From the NCBI GenBank assembly GCA_051362555.1, contig CM120640.1, forward strand, positions 15,376,001-15,440,000: a DNA stretch of 64,000 bases, given 5' to 3'. Shown piece by piece: positions 52,433 to 64,000 of this stretch. The position numbers and the translations under genes were made by a program. The notes below the pieces were generated by a model. The model was not told the origin of the DNA, did no database searches, and saw only the letters and a list, made by a program, of their open reading frames with translations. Within the stretch, counting starts at the first letter, position 1. Each line of letters starts with the position of its first letter. Source of the stretch: Lingula anatina (lineage: Eukaryota > Animalia > Brachiopoda).

Positions 52433-55400
52433 AACGCGAATTGCACGTCTTTAAGATTTGTACTGCTTATCATTTATCTGTCACGTTTTCATATTAGTGT
52501 TCATTGTTGGCAAGGAAAAAGTTGTCAACTAGTTGTCTGGTTTGTACTACTTCTCATTGTATGAAATAAGCCGATGAATCTTCTTGGGTATACATGATTA
52601 CAGCGAAAATGATTATAATGGTTATTATTGTTAGCAAGAAATAAGCTGCCGAAATAGCCTTGATGCGTAAAATTGAAAGACGATCCCAAAGGGCAAGCCA
52701 TGGTGCATGAAATCGTGAGACTGTTGCGGTAACAAAGGAAATCTTCAAAATGCCTGGGCGCCGTTGCATATGACACCGACGATCTGATATGATTATGGCA
52801 AGAATGGGAAGGGGGGTCCATCATTCTTCACCTTCATAATACAAACTGCGCCAGAGAGTTGTTCTACGTTTGTCATGTCAGTTGGTAGATAAATGTCTGG
52901 GTTGTTGAATAAACGTAGGCCCTATCCTTTACCTCACAATTTTTTCAACTTCCAATTCTATTCAGACTTAATTTGTTTTAGGCATTTCATACATATTTAT
53001 TCACAGTCATTTTTTTTCTAAATTGTTACAGAACCATGTTGCCGACACTTGCACAAACCCATTTATCCCAGACAACGGGAACTGGATATACTTTTACCCC
53101 ACTGGCGAAACCGGCACCGACCCCACGTTATCCACCTACAGAAGCGACTCATATTTGCTCGTGGACTTCGGTGTTGCGCCAACAGGACAGGGTGCCGCTA
53201 TAACAACGTACCCTAAGAAGGGATTTCAAAACGCCCCAAAATTCTGCGAGCCTCCTGGAACTGACAAGGCGCTGGCTACATACGCATTCGATTTCCCAGA
53301 AATGCCACCAGGTATGGAGTTGTCTTCTTACTTCGTTTCTTTAGAAGAAATCACATTATGAAAAAAACCGGGTCTGTTTTAATGTGTTTTCTCAGTATGC
53401 AACACTGTTACATATTTTCTAAGAGAAAGCATATAAGGACAGAATTCCCTTAGCTAACAGTTATCTGATCCCGAATCTTTTCAGGAAAACCCTATTCAAT
53501 GAAAACATTTTTAAGCTTAAGGGGGTTCCATATATAGGTTATCAAGGCCAGCATTTGGGTATATAGGTTTTACGATTATCTATGAGATAAAGGCTTGCAG
53601 TATTTACTGTTGTGATTAAAGAGGCATTAGACGGTTTTAATGGCTGTTCAGGCTAGAGGGGCTGTTTGAAATCGATATTCCAGTTTTCACCCAAAAAGCC
53701 TGTTGTTACGTCATCAGCTCAAATAAGCGAATTCACGCTAGTGTATGTTTGATGTGACAATTAACAATATCTTATAACATGACAAATTTATTTCCGCATT
53801 ATCAATTAAGAGAAAATCCTAACACATCGAACCCCCGCGATTCTAAGAAAAAAAAGCACACACTTCCGAGTAAAACATGGGATTCTATATCCAATAACTT
53901 ATTTCTAGGTACCTACTCGTTCATGTGGCTGTGGGAATTCAACCAGGGAAGCTTTTACAGTGGGTGTTGGGAGGCGGAGGTGGTTGCCACCAAGGCAGAC
54001 AGAGATTCTATCTACCAGGGCAGAAATCAGCCAACAAGAGATCCAGGTAGAAAAAAAATAATAAAAGAAACTGACATAATATGGGGAAAATAAGAAACAG
54101 ACAAGTAAAATACTACATGATTTATCAATAGATGGCTTTGCTGTATTCCGATTCAATTAATAAAATGATTCTATAGTAAGATGCTCTGGGAAATATAATA
54201 TTAAACGGCGAACCTATCAATAAAGCATACGTTTTGATCAAATGTGCCAGAGGGCTTAAAGTTACATATGAAGTTCGGATAGGCGCATGGTACCTTACAG
54301 ACATTCGAATGAAAATGTAAGAATCATTACCGTTGAAATTGTTTTTAAACTTACACATAAAAACATAAAACAATGTAACTCTACATGCCATGTATTACAT
54401 GTACAATATTAAAATTTAATGAAATTCAATTTTTATTCAATTAATTGTGTTTATTTAGATAACATTGCTGGGGTACGGGTGGAAGTGGATGGTTATGGCC
54501 CATACAAGCCACCTGGTGCCACCACGCTTGCACCAGGTGAAACTACGCCAGCACCAATTAATGGCAACTGGGGCGATTGGAGCCAATGGAGTGCATGCTC
54601 CGTGACTTGCGGAGGTGGAGTGAGTATCATCTCCCACCTTTATCTGAAAATGATGTGCTAAATTTGCCTTAAGATTATTTACTGCGGATAACTTAAATTT
54701 TCGTTTGAGTATTCGAAGCGTGTTTCGTCCTTATGTGTACTCGAATTTTTTATATCCCATACATTTTAAACTAACTTTGATAGTAGTAATTGCATTGTTA
54801 TATAATGAATTCGAAAATGTGATACGTGGTTAAATGTGAACTTCTTCTTCAAAGGAGCGCGTTCGAATCCGCATGTGTAACAACCCGGCCCCTGAAAATG
54901 GAGGTGCTACCTGTCCGGGCCTGGATGAAGAGAGGGAATGCAACTGTGAACCTACTACCTGCGCCGTTAACTCACTGTCGGCGGAACCAGGTAAAAATTC
55001 GGTTCAACGGGGCCTTTCATATAAAAAATAAGAGGAATTTATGTAATTAAATAGTAAGAATACCTACAAGCCTTCTTTACGTTTTTCACCCAGTGAGTGT
55101 AAATTAAAGTAAAATATGTTTCGGAAAGAAGATTTTCTATCGAACGATATATGATACAATATTTTTTATCCGTTTCAGAATTACAGATCAAGTTCGACAG
55201 TGTGTGGGACACGGGAATGAATGTCGAGTTGATACTGCCAAATCCCAAACCAGATGATTTCCAAGTTATCGTGAAATTCCCATGTACAGCTCAGGCAATG
55301 ATTGTAAGTCTCTCTCTCACTCTATCTCTCTCTCGTCAAATATCCTGACTACTAAGAATCGCGTAACCGTCATACAACCAACGTCGAAGTAACCGCATTT

Positions 55401-55679
55401 ACTGGCAGGTAGCATTTTTTAATGTGACATTTAAACTCACTTGACGTTACTATTATTTTATTCGAGCAACGTGAAAGTAACTTCAGTTCCTAACATGTAA
55501 CACTTTTTTAGGTGTGGCATGCAGAAGAGGTGGGCAACAGCACCGACCACGCCCAATACAAGTATATTTTCACGCAGTCTGGCGTAGATGCAGACAAGCT
55601 AGATATTGGATTTACCGCTACATTTGACGCCTGCACAGTCAACCCAAGTGATCTTTTGGCATATATTGTAGTCCCTTAA
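51599..55679 (+). CDS. Secreted 442-aa modular protein: signal peptide, N-terminal-His LPMO-like (putative copper histidine-brace) domain, Pro/Thr linker, TSP1 repeat, CBM2-like C-terminal domain
   Basis: Exons 51599-51767, 52012-52163, 53032-53311, 53909-54046, 54459-54619, 54855-54990, 55179-55303, 55512-55679 (1329 nt, all GT-AG, phases compatible). TSP1 is clear ([42 protein letters not shown]). The gene model is solid; the LPMO-like and CBM2-like labels are inference. Confidence 0.88.
52330..52430. repeat. Compound (CT)n(AT)n microsatellite
   Basis: Seen directly in intron 2 of the secreted-protein gene. Confidence 0.95.
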
Positions 55680-56611
55680 GGTCTGTGCGCTATTGTACTG
55701 AAAATGATAGCGGTATATCGTTACATCAAATTTATAATTCTATTGCTTAACATAGACTGGAGCACTGACACAACATTAGCATGTTTCAGGCAACGCGAAT
55801 TGTACATTTGATGTAATAATATTAATGCTGGTGAAATTATTTAGTGATGGTCTATTTATTTATTTTTTCAACTTATTTACAAAATACAGGTTTGGAGTCG
55901 TCTCCTGAATTCATACCTGTACATCTAGCCAGGTATTTGTGGGGAAAATATAGACAATATCACTAAGGTTGATGTTGCCATGCCTGGATAGTTTGAAATT
56001 TGAAATACAATATTATTGCAAAGTAGAAAAACAAATTTCTCAGAGAAATAATTGTCTTCAAAAATTTGAAAAAAAGTGGGGGCTATATTTGAATCACATA
56101 ACTTTGGAAATATAATTAATACATGTATATTAATGACTTGTTACTATATGAATGAATGAGTGAGTGAAAGGTGTCCTATGTCTTGTCCATGTCAATATGT
56201 GTTTATATATAAACCCACTTTATAGAGGTGCTGTGATGTTTTTGTTTTTGCTGATTTAAATACTGAAAGAAAAGTATACGTAATTCATATTAGTTTTAAT
56301 CATCATTCTTCCTTCCTGCACACTCACTTTGAACAAATCTGTTTTGTATACCTTTATATAGATATTTATTGATTGCTATGATTTATTGATTTCAAAAATA
56401 CTAGACTTCATTAACCTGACTTTCTTGTTTATAAAATACTTAAGATTTGTAAGAGGAGGTACAATACTCTAGGACATAGAAATTTGCATATTGTCTCATT
56501 AATATTTCAGGATTTAATGTAAAAATTGTTATGTTCAATGGCATTCCTCTGTAAAATGGGTAATAAAAACAATAAAAAAAAAAAAAAAAAAAAAAATTGG
56601 TATTCTGCTAG

Positions 56612-56658
<47 letters not shown>

Positions 56659-57293
56659 TTGATGTTACAGTGTATGTGTACTATTGAAAAACATGACAGA
56701 AAGACGATCTGATACCTTTTGGTGCAAAAATATACTACTACCGAATTTAATTGATGCAAAGTCTTTTTCGGTCACGTTACACAATCGTTTCACCGCCACT
56801 AGGGAGGGTAGCCTTTTTTTTCCACCGCAGAGCGCGTCATCAACTGTGTGTTCATATAACAAGAGGAAACCTTTCTCTCGTCGCAACAGTTATTGTCAGT
56901 TCTGAAATTGGATGTATGTGACTATGAGACGAATTAAGGAGAAAATAAATATTTGCATACATAAGTTTAGCAGTTTTATTAGTTTTTACTTGTGGAAATG
57001 CTTCAATTTATTCTTAAATCAGGACAGATCTGGTGTGCCCGAAATGATGGCCATTAACAAAGTAAGACCTACATATCACAGAAATTAAAGCATTAATACG
57101 GGTTTTACACATCTTTATCGCCATATGAATTATTAAGGTTTTATACGTTGTCGCGGGCGGTAACTGCTAGGAAATCCAGACTGACCCACATCTTAGCCAG
57201 CTGCTACTAATGCAGTAATACGGGTAAAAGCAACCGAACACCTGGGGCCTGTTTTCACAGCAATATTTCATCGAGTCAGATTGGGTAGACTGT

Positions 57294-57887
57294 AGACTGG
57301 GTTCCCATACTTAGATCGATCCATCTGGATCGACCTAACTCCCTGGGGGTTCACGCTAAATTGCTATCAGCTCAAGAGACTTAAATGTCTGGCACGCCTA
57401 CCGAATCAGCTAGGGGCAAAGATAATTACCCCCTTATAGCTTTTAGTAGGCGGGACAGACGCTTAAGCCGGCCAACCTGACAGTAATCTAGTGAGACTCC
57501 CCACAGGGATAGATCGATCTAAAAATCTATGGAAATGGGGTGTTAGTTTGACAGCAATTTAGTGAGACTCCCCAGGGAGATAGATCGATCCAAATATCTG
57601 TGGGAATGGTCCCTTAGAGCTAGAGTCAAAGCCGACTAAGGCTGAAGCCCACTAAGGGACCATTCCCAGAGCCTATTGTACTAACATTGGATCGATCTAT
57701 CTCCAAGGGGATTCTCACTAAATTGCTATTAAGCGGCTTAAATGTCTGTCACGCCTACTAAAGCTGTTAGGGGGTAATTAACTACTAAAAGTTCATTACC
57801 CCCTAGCTGATTCGGTAGGCGTGACAGAATCCCCATTGAGTTAGACCTATCCTGTTGGATCAATATAGCCATGGGAACCCATTCTCA
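57294..57887. mobile_element. Two related MITEs (Harbinger/Tourist-like) in inverted orientation
   Basis: ~57294-57617 ends TGGGAATGGTCCCTTAG and ~57651-57887 starts CTAAGGGACCATTCCCA. They share internal GATCGATC, CACGCCTAC and TAGGGG motifs in opposite orientation. Confidence 0.65.
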
Positions 57888-58498
57888 GTTGAGATTGAAA
57901 CTGAATGTTAAAAAACCGCTTATCTCTTTCCCTTGATCTTTTAACTTATCCCCTCGACCAAAGTTGTAATTGTCTCCATGAAGGTTTTCACTGTTAATGG
58001 TGTCACTTACTGAATGGTGTCATAATATTTCAGATTCATACTACTATGTATTTATCTTGTAACGAGGTAGATCAAAATTTGGGTCTAAAAGTTAAGATGA
58101 GTTTTTGGGGATGTAGCCGTTTTGTGAAACCTGTATGCACATCACGTAAGACGAACTTTGCGGTCTTGCCAAACAAAATGTGGTAGATGAGATAAAACTG
58201 AGGAGAGAGAGCGAGAGAGAGAGAGAGCTAAGATCTAATAAACGTTTATTAGATCTTAGGAGAGAGAGAGAGAACTACTTCTCCTAGACCATAACCGACA
58301 CTGCATAACATTAATAATAAAACAACACAAACAACATATAAAGTGCATATGGTCGCAGTTAGCGCACGAGTTTTATTTCAAACCATCTTCAATCATTTAC
58401 AAACAATATAAATAAATAATTAAATAAATAAATTATAAACACGAGGAGACCCTCTCCTCACCAAACCTCTTTATCATCTCTTCCTTTTATATATAAAA

Positions 58499-59055
58499 AG
58501 GAATGACCGGGATATCACATCCCTAACAGCTCTTCTGAGCTCATCTTTCCCTTACCTAGGGAATCACCGGGATATCACATCCCAACAGCTCTTCCGAGCT
58601 CATCTTTCCCTTACCTAGGGAATCACAGGGATATCACATCCCAAACAGCTCTTCCGAGATCATCTTTCCCTTACCTAGGGAATCACCAGGATATCACATC
58701 CCAAACAGCTCTTCCGAGCTCATCTTTCCCTTACCTAGAGAATCACCGGGATATCACATCCCAAACAGCTCTTTCGAGCTCATCTTTCCTTTACAAAGGG
58801 AATCACCAGGATATCACATCCAAACAGCTCTTCCAAGCTCACCTTTCCCTTTTTAGGGAATCATAAGGATATAACATCCCAACAGCTCTCCCAAGTTCAT
58901 CTTTCCCTTACATAGGGATTTAACAGAATATCACAACCCAAGCACTTCCGATCTCATTTCTCCCATACATAGGAAATCACCAGAGACCACCTCCCAAACA
59001 CCTCCTCCGAACTCATCTCTCCACTGCACAAGTGCAAAACTACCTCCCAAACAGC
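58499..59055 (+). repeat. Minisatellite, ~60-bp unit, about 9 copies
   Basis: Unit GGGAATCACCGGGATATCACATCCCAAACAGCTCTTCCGAGCTCATCTTTCCCTTACCTA. Copies become progressively more diverged to the right. Confidence 0.95.
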
Positions 59056-59734
59056 TCATATAAATCAATCATTAAATTAATATATTAATAAACATAAATT
59101 GCACCTCCAAACACGCACCCATGCACACTGTACGCCTACACTCTAACACAACATACACTATAGGCCTACTTATTTTGAAAACAAAAACATTGAATAAAAT
59201 AAAAATAGCCACTGCAGCAATAACCAATATAGTTATAAAACAAAGTGAATCACATGTACTAATCAAATTAAAACAACAAAACCATAAACAAAATTTGAAA
59301 AATAAAAATGTACGTGTCAACTGGTCTGCGCTAACTGGTCGAATGAACAACTGTCGTAACTTACCCACAATTCTTACCAATATCACAACTAACACAATAT
59401 ATATACAGTGTCGCCCCCTAGGAGAAAATAATTCCATTCTTATTCACTTCGCTCAACCGAATAGAATTATATTGATTGTTACCGCTCATTGTGGCCTGCC
59501 GTTGCATCCAACCTCGCCTCCACCCCCCTAAAATTCGGTCAACAAAGTAACTTGGAATCTTAACATTCGTTTCCAGCGTTTGTTTAATTTTGATTTTTTT
59601 TTATGAGATATGAGCCCCCAATTACATGTACGATGTTCCATCAAACAAAGGTAGGCCTATTACTTCGCCTGCTTAAACTGCTATATCAGAAGTAAGCATT
59701 TCAAAAATTGACCCCTGCCAAGAAAAGTAGTACT

Positions 59735-60240
59735 TATAGTTGTGATTAAATAGTCGTTAAAACGGTGTTGATACAATGTAGCTGTTCAGGTGAGGGAGAT
59801 TGATTGAGTTCGAAAACACAATTTCATCACAAAAACGCCGCTGTTACTTCATCAGCTTGAATTAACAAATTCGCCCCGATGTACTTTTGCTGTAACATTT
59901 TTATCTCAGATAAGCGGATACGGAAAAAGAACTATCTGTCTTAAGCTCTGTGTGCTATTGTACCGAAAAAAGGTTTTATTACGTTATATCCAATAATAAT
60001 TCCCTGGAAGGGAAATAATTTATTGACACACCATCAGCAAGTTTCGGGCATCAAGAATTGTTCGTTGATATAGTGTTGATATAGTTATTAAGTTTTTTCA
60101 ATATATTATCAAAGCAGAGATTTAATTTGGAGAGACAAGTGTGGCCACCTGGGAACATACTGTACATGCATTTGTACAGCTATCCAGGTATTTGTGTGGA
60201 AAATGTGGGAGATATTGTTAAAACTCATTACCGTGGATAG
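59735..60240 (+). pseudogene. Diverged duplicate of intron-3 and stop/3' UTR segments of the LPMO-like gene
   Basis: 59735-59900 aligns by eye to ~53605-53760. 59941-60240 aligns to ~55676-55990 (TTAAG.TCTGTG.GCTATTGTAC.GAAAA; CCAGGTATTTGTG.GGAAAAT). Confidence 0.55.
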
Positions 60241-61690
60241 GATGTTATTGTCTTCATTAAAAATCAGGAGAGAAACTCGATTTGATACCTTCCGGTTAAA
60301 AAAAACAACAAATTTATTAGATGCACAAATTAGGAGGGAGTTACACTCCACATGGGTCGCAGATTAAAAGGATAACATATCTTCATTTTGGCGGGAAAAG
60401 TGGTAAAGGACAAGTTTTGCATACTTTCCAATCGAATCCGTTCCGTTCCGTTTTAAATTTATTCGATTGTTTTTTAAGCGTCTTTTGGTAATAATCAGTA
60501 AAGATATTATTAAGGAGGGAAGCCATCTATGAAGGTCCATGTGGTTCTATGGCAAGCACAGATTTCATAATAATTTTGGTGGTAACATAGAACTTATTTC
60601 TATGTTTTGTTAACAATTAATTTATCGTGGAATTTGGAATCTCATATGAACAGTTGTTGTCCCTTTAATTATGTACATTTTTTGTCACAATGGAGAATCG
60701 AGTCATGAATTAGCCAGAGAAATATCTGTTAATATCTAGGGAAAAATCATAGCGTAGGCAGAGCGTAGGAGAGAGTGTAGTTTTTATACGTGGTATACCA
60801 TTGCAGTACCCGAGGGAAGGTAAACACGTAACAACACAACAAACTAGAAATTTAGCTGTTACGGGTTCGGGTTAGAAATCTTATTAATGCCAGCTAGGAT
60901 CTGCAAAATCCTCTACAAGAGCTTTCTCTGGGTGTTACAAAATGAGACAAAAGACCCCTGTAAGATGATCAGTCTTTCATCCTATTTTAACAGCTGGAGA
61001 AGGCCTTTGGTAGAGGTAGAACCAGGGGACCTATGACGATGCTGACTTAAGCTGTTACAGATACAATAAAAATGGATTTCCTTACCAGCATTTTCGTTCA
61101 CTTGCCTCTTTTTATGGTACCTAGCAAGTCGAAAATAAGGTAACAATAAGTTCAAGAAATAAGGTAATCTCTGTAACATAAATAACATTTTGACATGAGT
61201 CGCTACTGGGAGAAAGGGAGGGAGGAGGGATTTGACTATCATAAAATCCTCTGTATTGCTTGATATCGATCTTATTATGCTTTTGTGTAAACAAAAACGT
61301 AAGACGGGATTATGCACTTCCTGCATACGTTCGTATCGAATAGGAAATGAATTAGAATACGGGAATCATGAATCTATTTCAATGTTTCTTCTGAAATTGT
61401 GCGCTGATGCATTTGTGCCCTGAAATTAACTGAAATGATTTATTTCTTTTCTTTATCTTTTTTCTGGTAAATATATAGAATCCTTTCTTATGAAGGGAGG
61501 CTGGATAACCCTAAGCCATGCATTCGTATATATGAGTCGCGTAGTAGATTTGCATAAGTCAAGAGATTCTTTATATTCAGCTGACAGATATGAGAATAGA
61601 AATTAAAGGTAATCTTTACGAGATTTATCCACCAAAATGAATTTTCTTTGAGAAAAAAAAATTGTCTTACTCACGAACCATTGCTCGACC

Positions 61691-61709
61691 CGTCCATGCT
61701 CTTGGATTC

Positions 61710-61787
<78 letters not shown>

Positions 61788-61828
61788 CGTGCGTGCGTGT
61801 GTGTGCGTGTGTGTGTGTGTGTGTGTGT
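61691..61828. repeat. Poly(T) run followed by (GT)n/(GC)n microsatellite
   Basis: Seen directly. Confidence 0.95.
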
Positions 61829-62375
61829 GATTTACTTCTCAATGACTGGCCAGTCATTTAGAACCCATGTCTTCTTGTACAACTCAGAAGGAACTATCAA
61901 CTTTAGGTGCATGTAAGAGTACTTTTATTTGTTAAAGTTCAGTAGCTTTTCAAAATATGTAGATATAAACATATATGACTTTGGGAAATTTGTACAATGT
62001 ATCTTCATAGATATTGTGTAGATGCCCTACACTCGGGGAGCGCCACTGTTGAAAAAAATGTCCCCCATTAATGTAATTAACTATTGCATCACCGTTTGAA
62101 AATCTTTAAATTGTTGTTTACACACATGATAATTGCAACGGGAAGTAATACCCAATATGCGGAAAGTGACTTCACGGAAATGGTTGATTATATAATCAGA
62201 ATGATAACAGCACGCCGTTTTCTGGATCACTCAATTTAAGGGGGTGTGTTTAAATAAACAAATATTAAGCAATCCCTGATTAATTACTAGTATAACACTG
62301 AGTAAGTTCATTGAAGTAGTGTGGATAGGTCTTTTTGTATGTTTTTTAAAGAGATATCAATAATTACAGAGAAAC

Positions 62376-64000
62376 ATGTTACGCATCGGTATGAGAAATA
62401 TTAGAGGATTAGCAAAGAAACTTACTGATGAAAACTTTGTTGAGATGGTCGAAAATTTTGATATATTCATATGTGTAGAAACTTTTAGCACCCTGAGATC
62501 AAAAATGGTCCTACCTAGTGGAACACATGGCCACTTCTACAAAATAAAAACAAAAAAGAAAACAAAAGGACGCCCATCCGGCGGTATAGTCATATATTAC
62601 AGAAAACAATTTAGTGGTGCTCTTCATGTAATGTCTAGCAAAAGTGAGAATACCTTATGGATAAGGCTACCAGGACAGTGTTTCGGTCTCCAAAAAGACT
62701 TATTCGTGTGTGCAGTATATATTAAGCCAAAGAATGGGAGATTTGATGAAGCTACCTTTGACATCCTTGAAGAGGAAATAGCTCAGTATCAATCAGATGG
62801 CATGATATGCCTCATGGGTGATTTTAACGCTAGAACTGGTACACTCCCAGATTATATCAAAAATGATAACACACACGGTATCCCAGTGCCTGGTAGCCAC
62901 CCCACAGATATGCTCACTCCTGCTCGGAACAACTTAGACAGTATCATAAACTCTCAGGGAAGAACCCTTGTAGAATTATGCATTAGCAGCAATTTGAGAA
63001 TACTGAATGGAAGAGTGTTAGGAAATTCATTAGGGTACTACACATGTTACAATCAAAATGGCTGTAGTGCAGTGGATTATGCAGTTTTGAGTGATAAGTT
63101 AGTTGATAGTGTAAAGTATTTCACTGTTCACCCAATTGACTATATCTCAGATCACTGTCTTCTAGATCTCACAATTGCAAGTAAGGGTTTCAAGGAGTCA
63201 CCAAAAATTATTCCGCTTCAAAAATTCAAAGATCAGTACATCTGGGGCAATGACTCTGCAGATAAATTTCTTAGTGAACTGGAAAGTGAAAAAAACATAG
63301 AAGCCATATGTGAATTTCAAACTACCACCTTCCCAACTACTAAAGAGGGAGTAAATAAGGCATGTCAGTCTTTTAATAAAATCCTAGATGGCGCGGCTAG
63401 TGCATCACTGCGTACAAAAAGAATGTCAAAGAAAAATAGTAATCCAAGAAAAGGGAATAAAAAACAGCCCTGGTTTGACAATCAATGCATCGAAGTAAAA
63501 CGGAATGTTAAACACCTTGGGAGACTACTCCACAAAAACCCGAATAATCACTTTATCTCTCACACTTATCATCAAGCTTGCAAAAAGTACAAACAACTTC
63601 TGAAAAAGAAAAAACAAGAACATAAAGACAACCTCCTTGAAAAGCTTTTGAACATTGAAGAAAAGAACCCCAAAGAATTTTGGCAAATTATCAAAAAACT
63701 TAAAAAAGAAGAGGATCAGAACAACCTTATTGCCCCTGATGTATGGCACAATTACTTCCAACAACTGTGTGGTATCCCGCCTCCAGGTGACAATGATATT
63801 GATGATGAATTGAAAAAATATGAAGATTGCCCTGGGAATCCCAAACTAGATGACCCTATAACCATTCTGGAGGTCCAAAAAGCACTCAGAAAGCTAAAAA
63901 ATGGCAAAGCACCTGGGGCAGATAGCATACGAAATGAAATGCTTAAGACTGGGCGACCATACCTAACTGGTGCGATGACTAAAATTTTTAACCTGGTCTT
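62376..64000 (+). mobile_element. Non-LTR retrotransposon ORF2 (APE endonuclease to start of RT), RTE-X/CR1-like, 3'-partial
   Basis: Same frame from ATG 62376 to the window end. Motifs NIRGL, DIFICVETF, GRPSGG, CLMGDFNARTG, LRILNGR, SAVDYAV, SDHC, PWFD, NPKEFW and LKNGKAPGADSIRNEMLK. Confidence 0.95.

Noticed and set aside
56571-56657. Poly(A) runs as retrocopy tails
   Set aside because: No adjoining retrocopy body or TSD identified; may be simple homopolymers of uncertain assembled length.
58499-59055. CRISPR array
   Set aside because: Head-to-tail repeats without unique spacers, in a eukaryotic context with no cas genes.

Overview
AT-rich, intron-containing animal genomic DNA. The repeat repertoire suggests a marine invertebrate such as a lophotrochozoan (inference). 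The supplied ORF track is mostly noise, so genes were rebuilt by hand from splice sites. The first 38 kb is a compact block of three head-to-head gene pairs: eIF3i(-)/TMEM234(+), mago nashi(-)/WDR83(+), and PLGRKT(-)/an FN3 single-pass membrane protein(+). It also holds an intronless 402-aa ORF with a PP1-docking motif. After a repeat-rich, gene-poor stretch (38-51 kb) there is an 8-exon gene for a secreted 442-aa protein. Its mature N-terminus is His, and its His/His/Tyr spacing resembles a copper histidine-brace (LPMO-like) domain, fused to a TSP1 repeat and a CBM2-like module. This is the best candidate for something new. Other highlights: a 317-bp TRIM whose LTRs contain a tRNA-like Pol III unit, a U12 intron, two GC-AG introns, nested DNA transposons, Helentron-like elements (one with a 146-bp array), and an open LINE ORF2 running off the right end. 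No database searches were run; homology calls are from recognised motifs.
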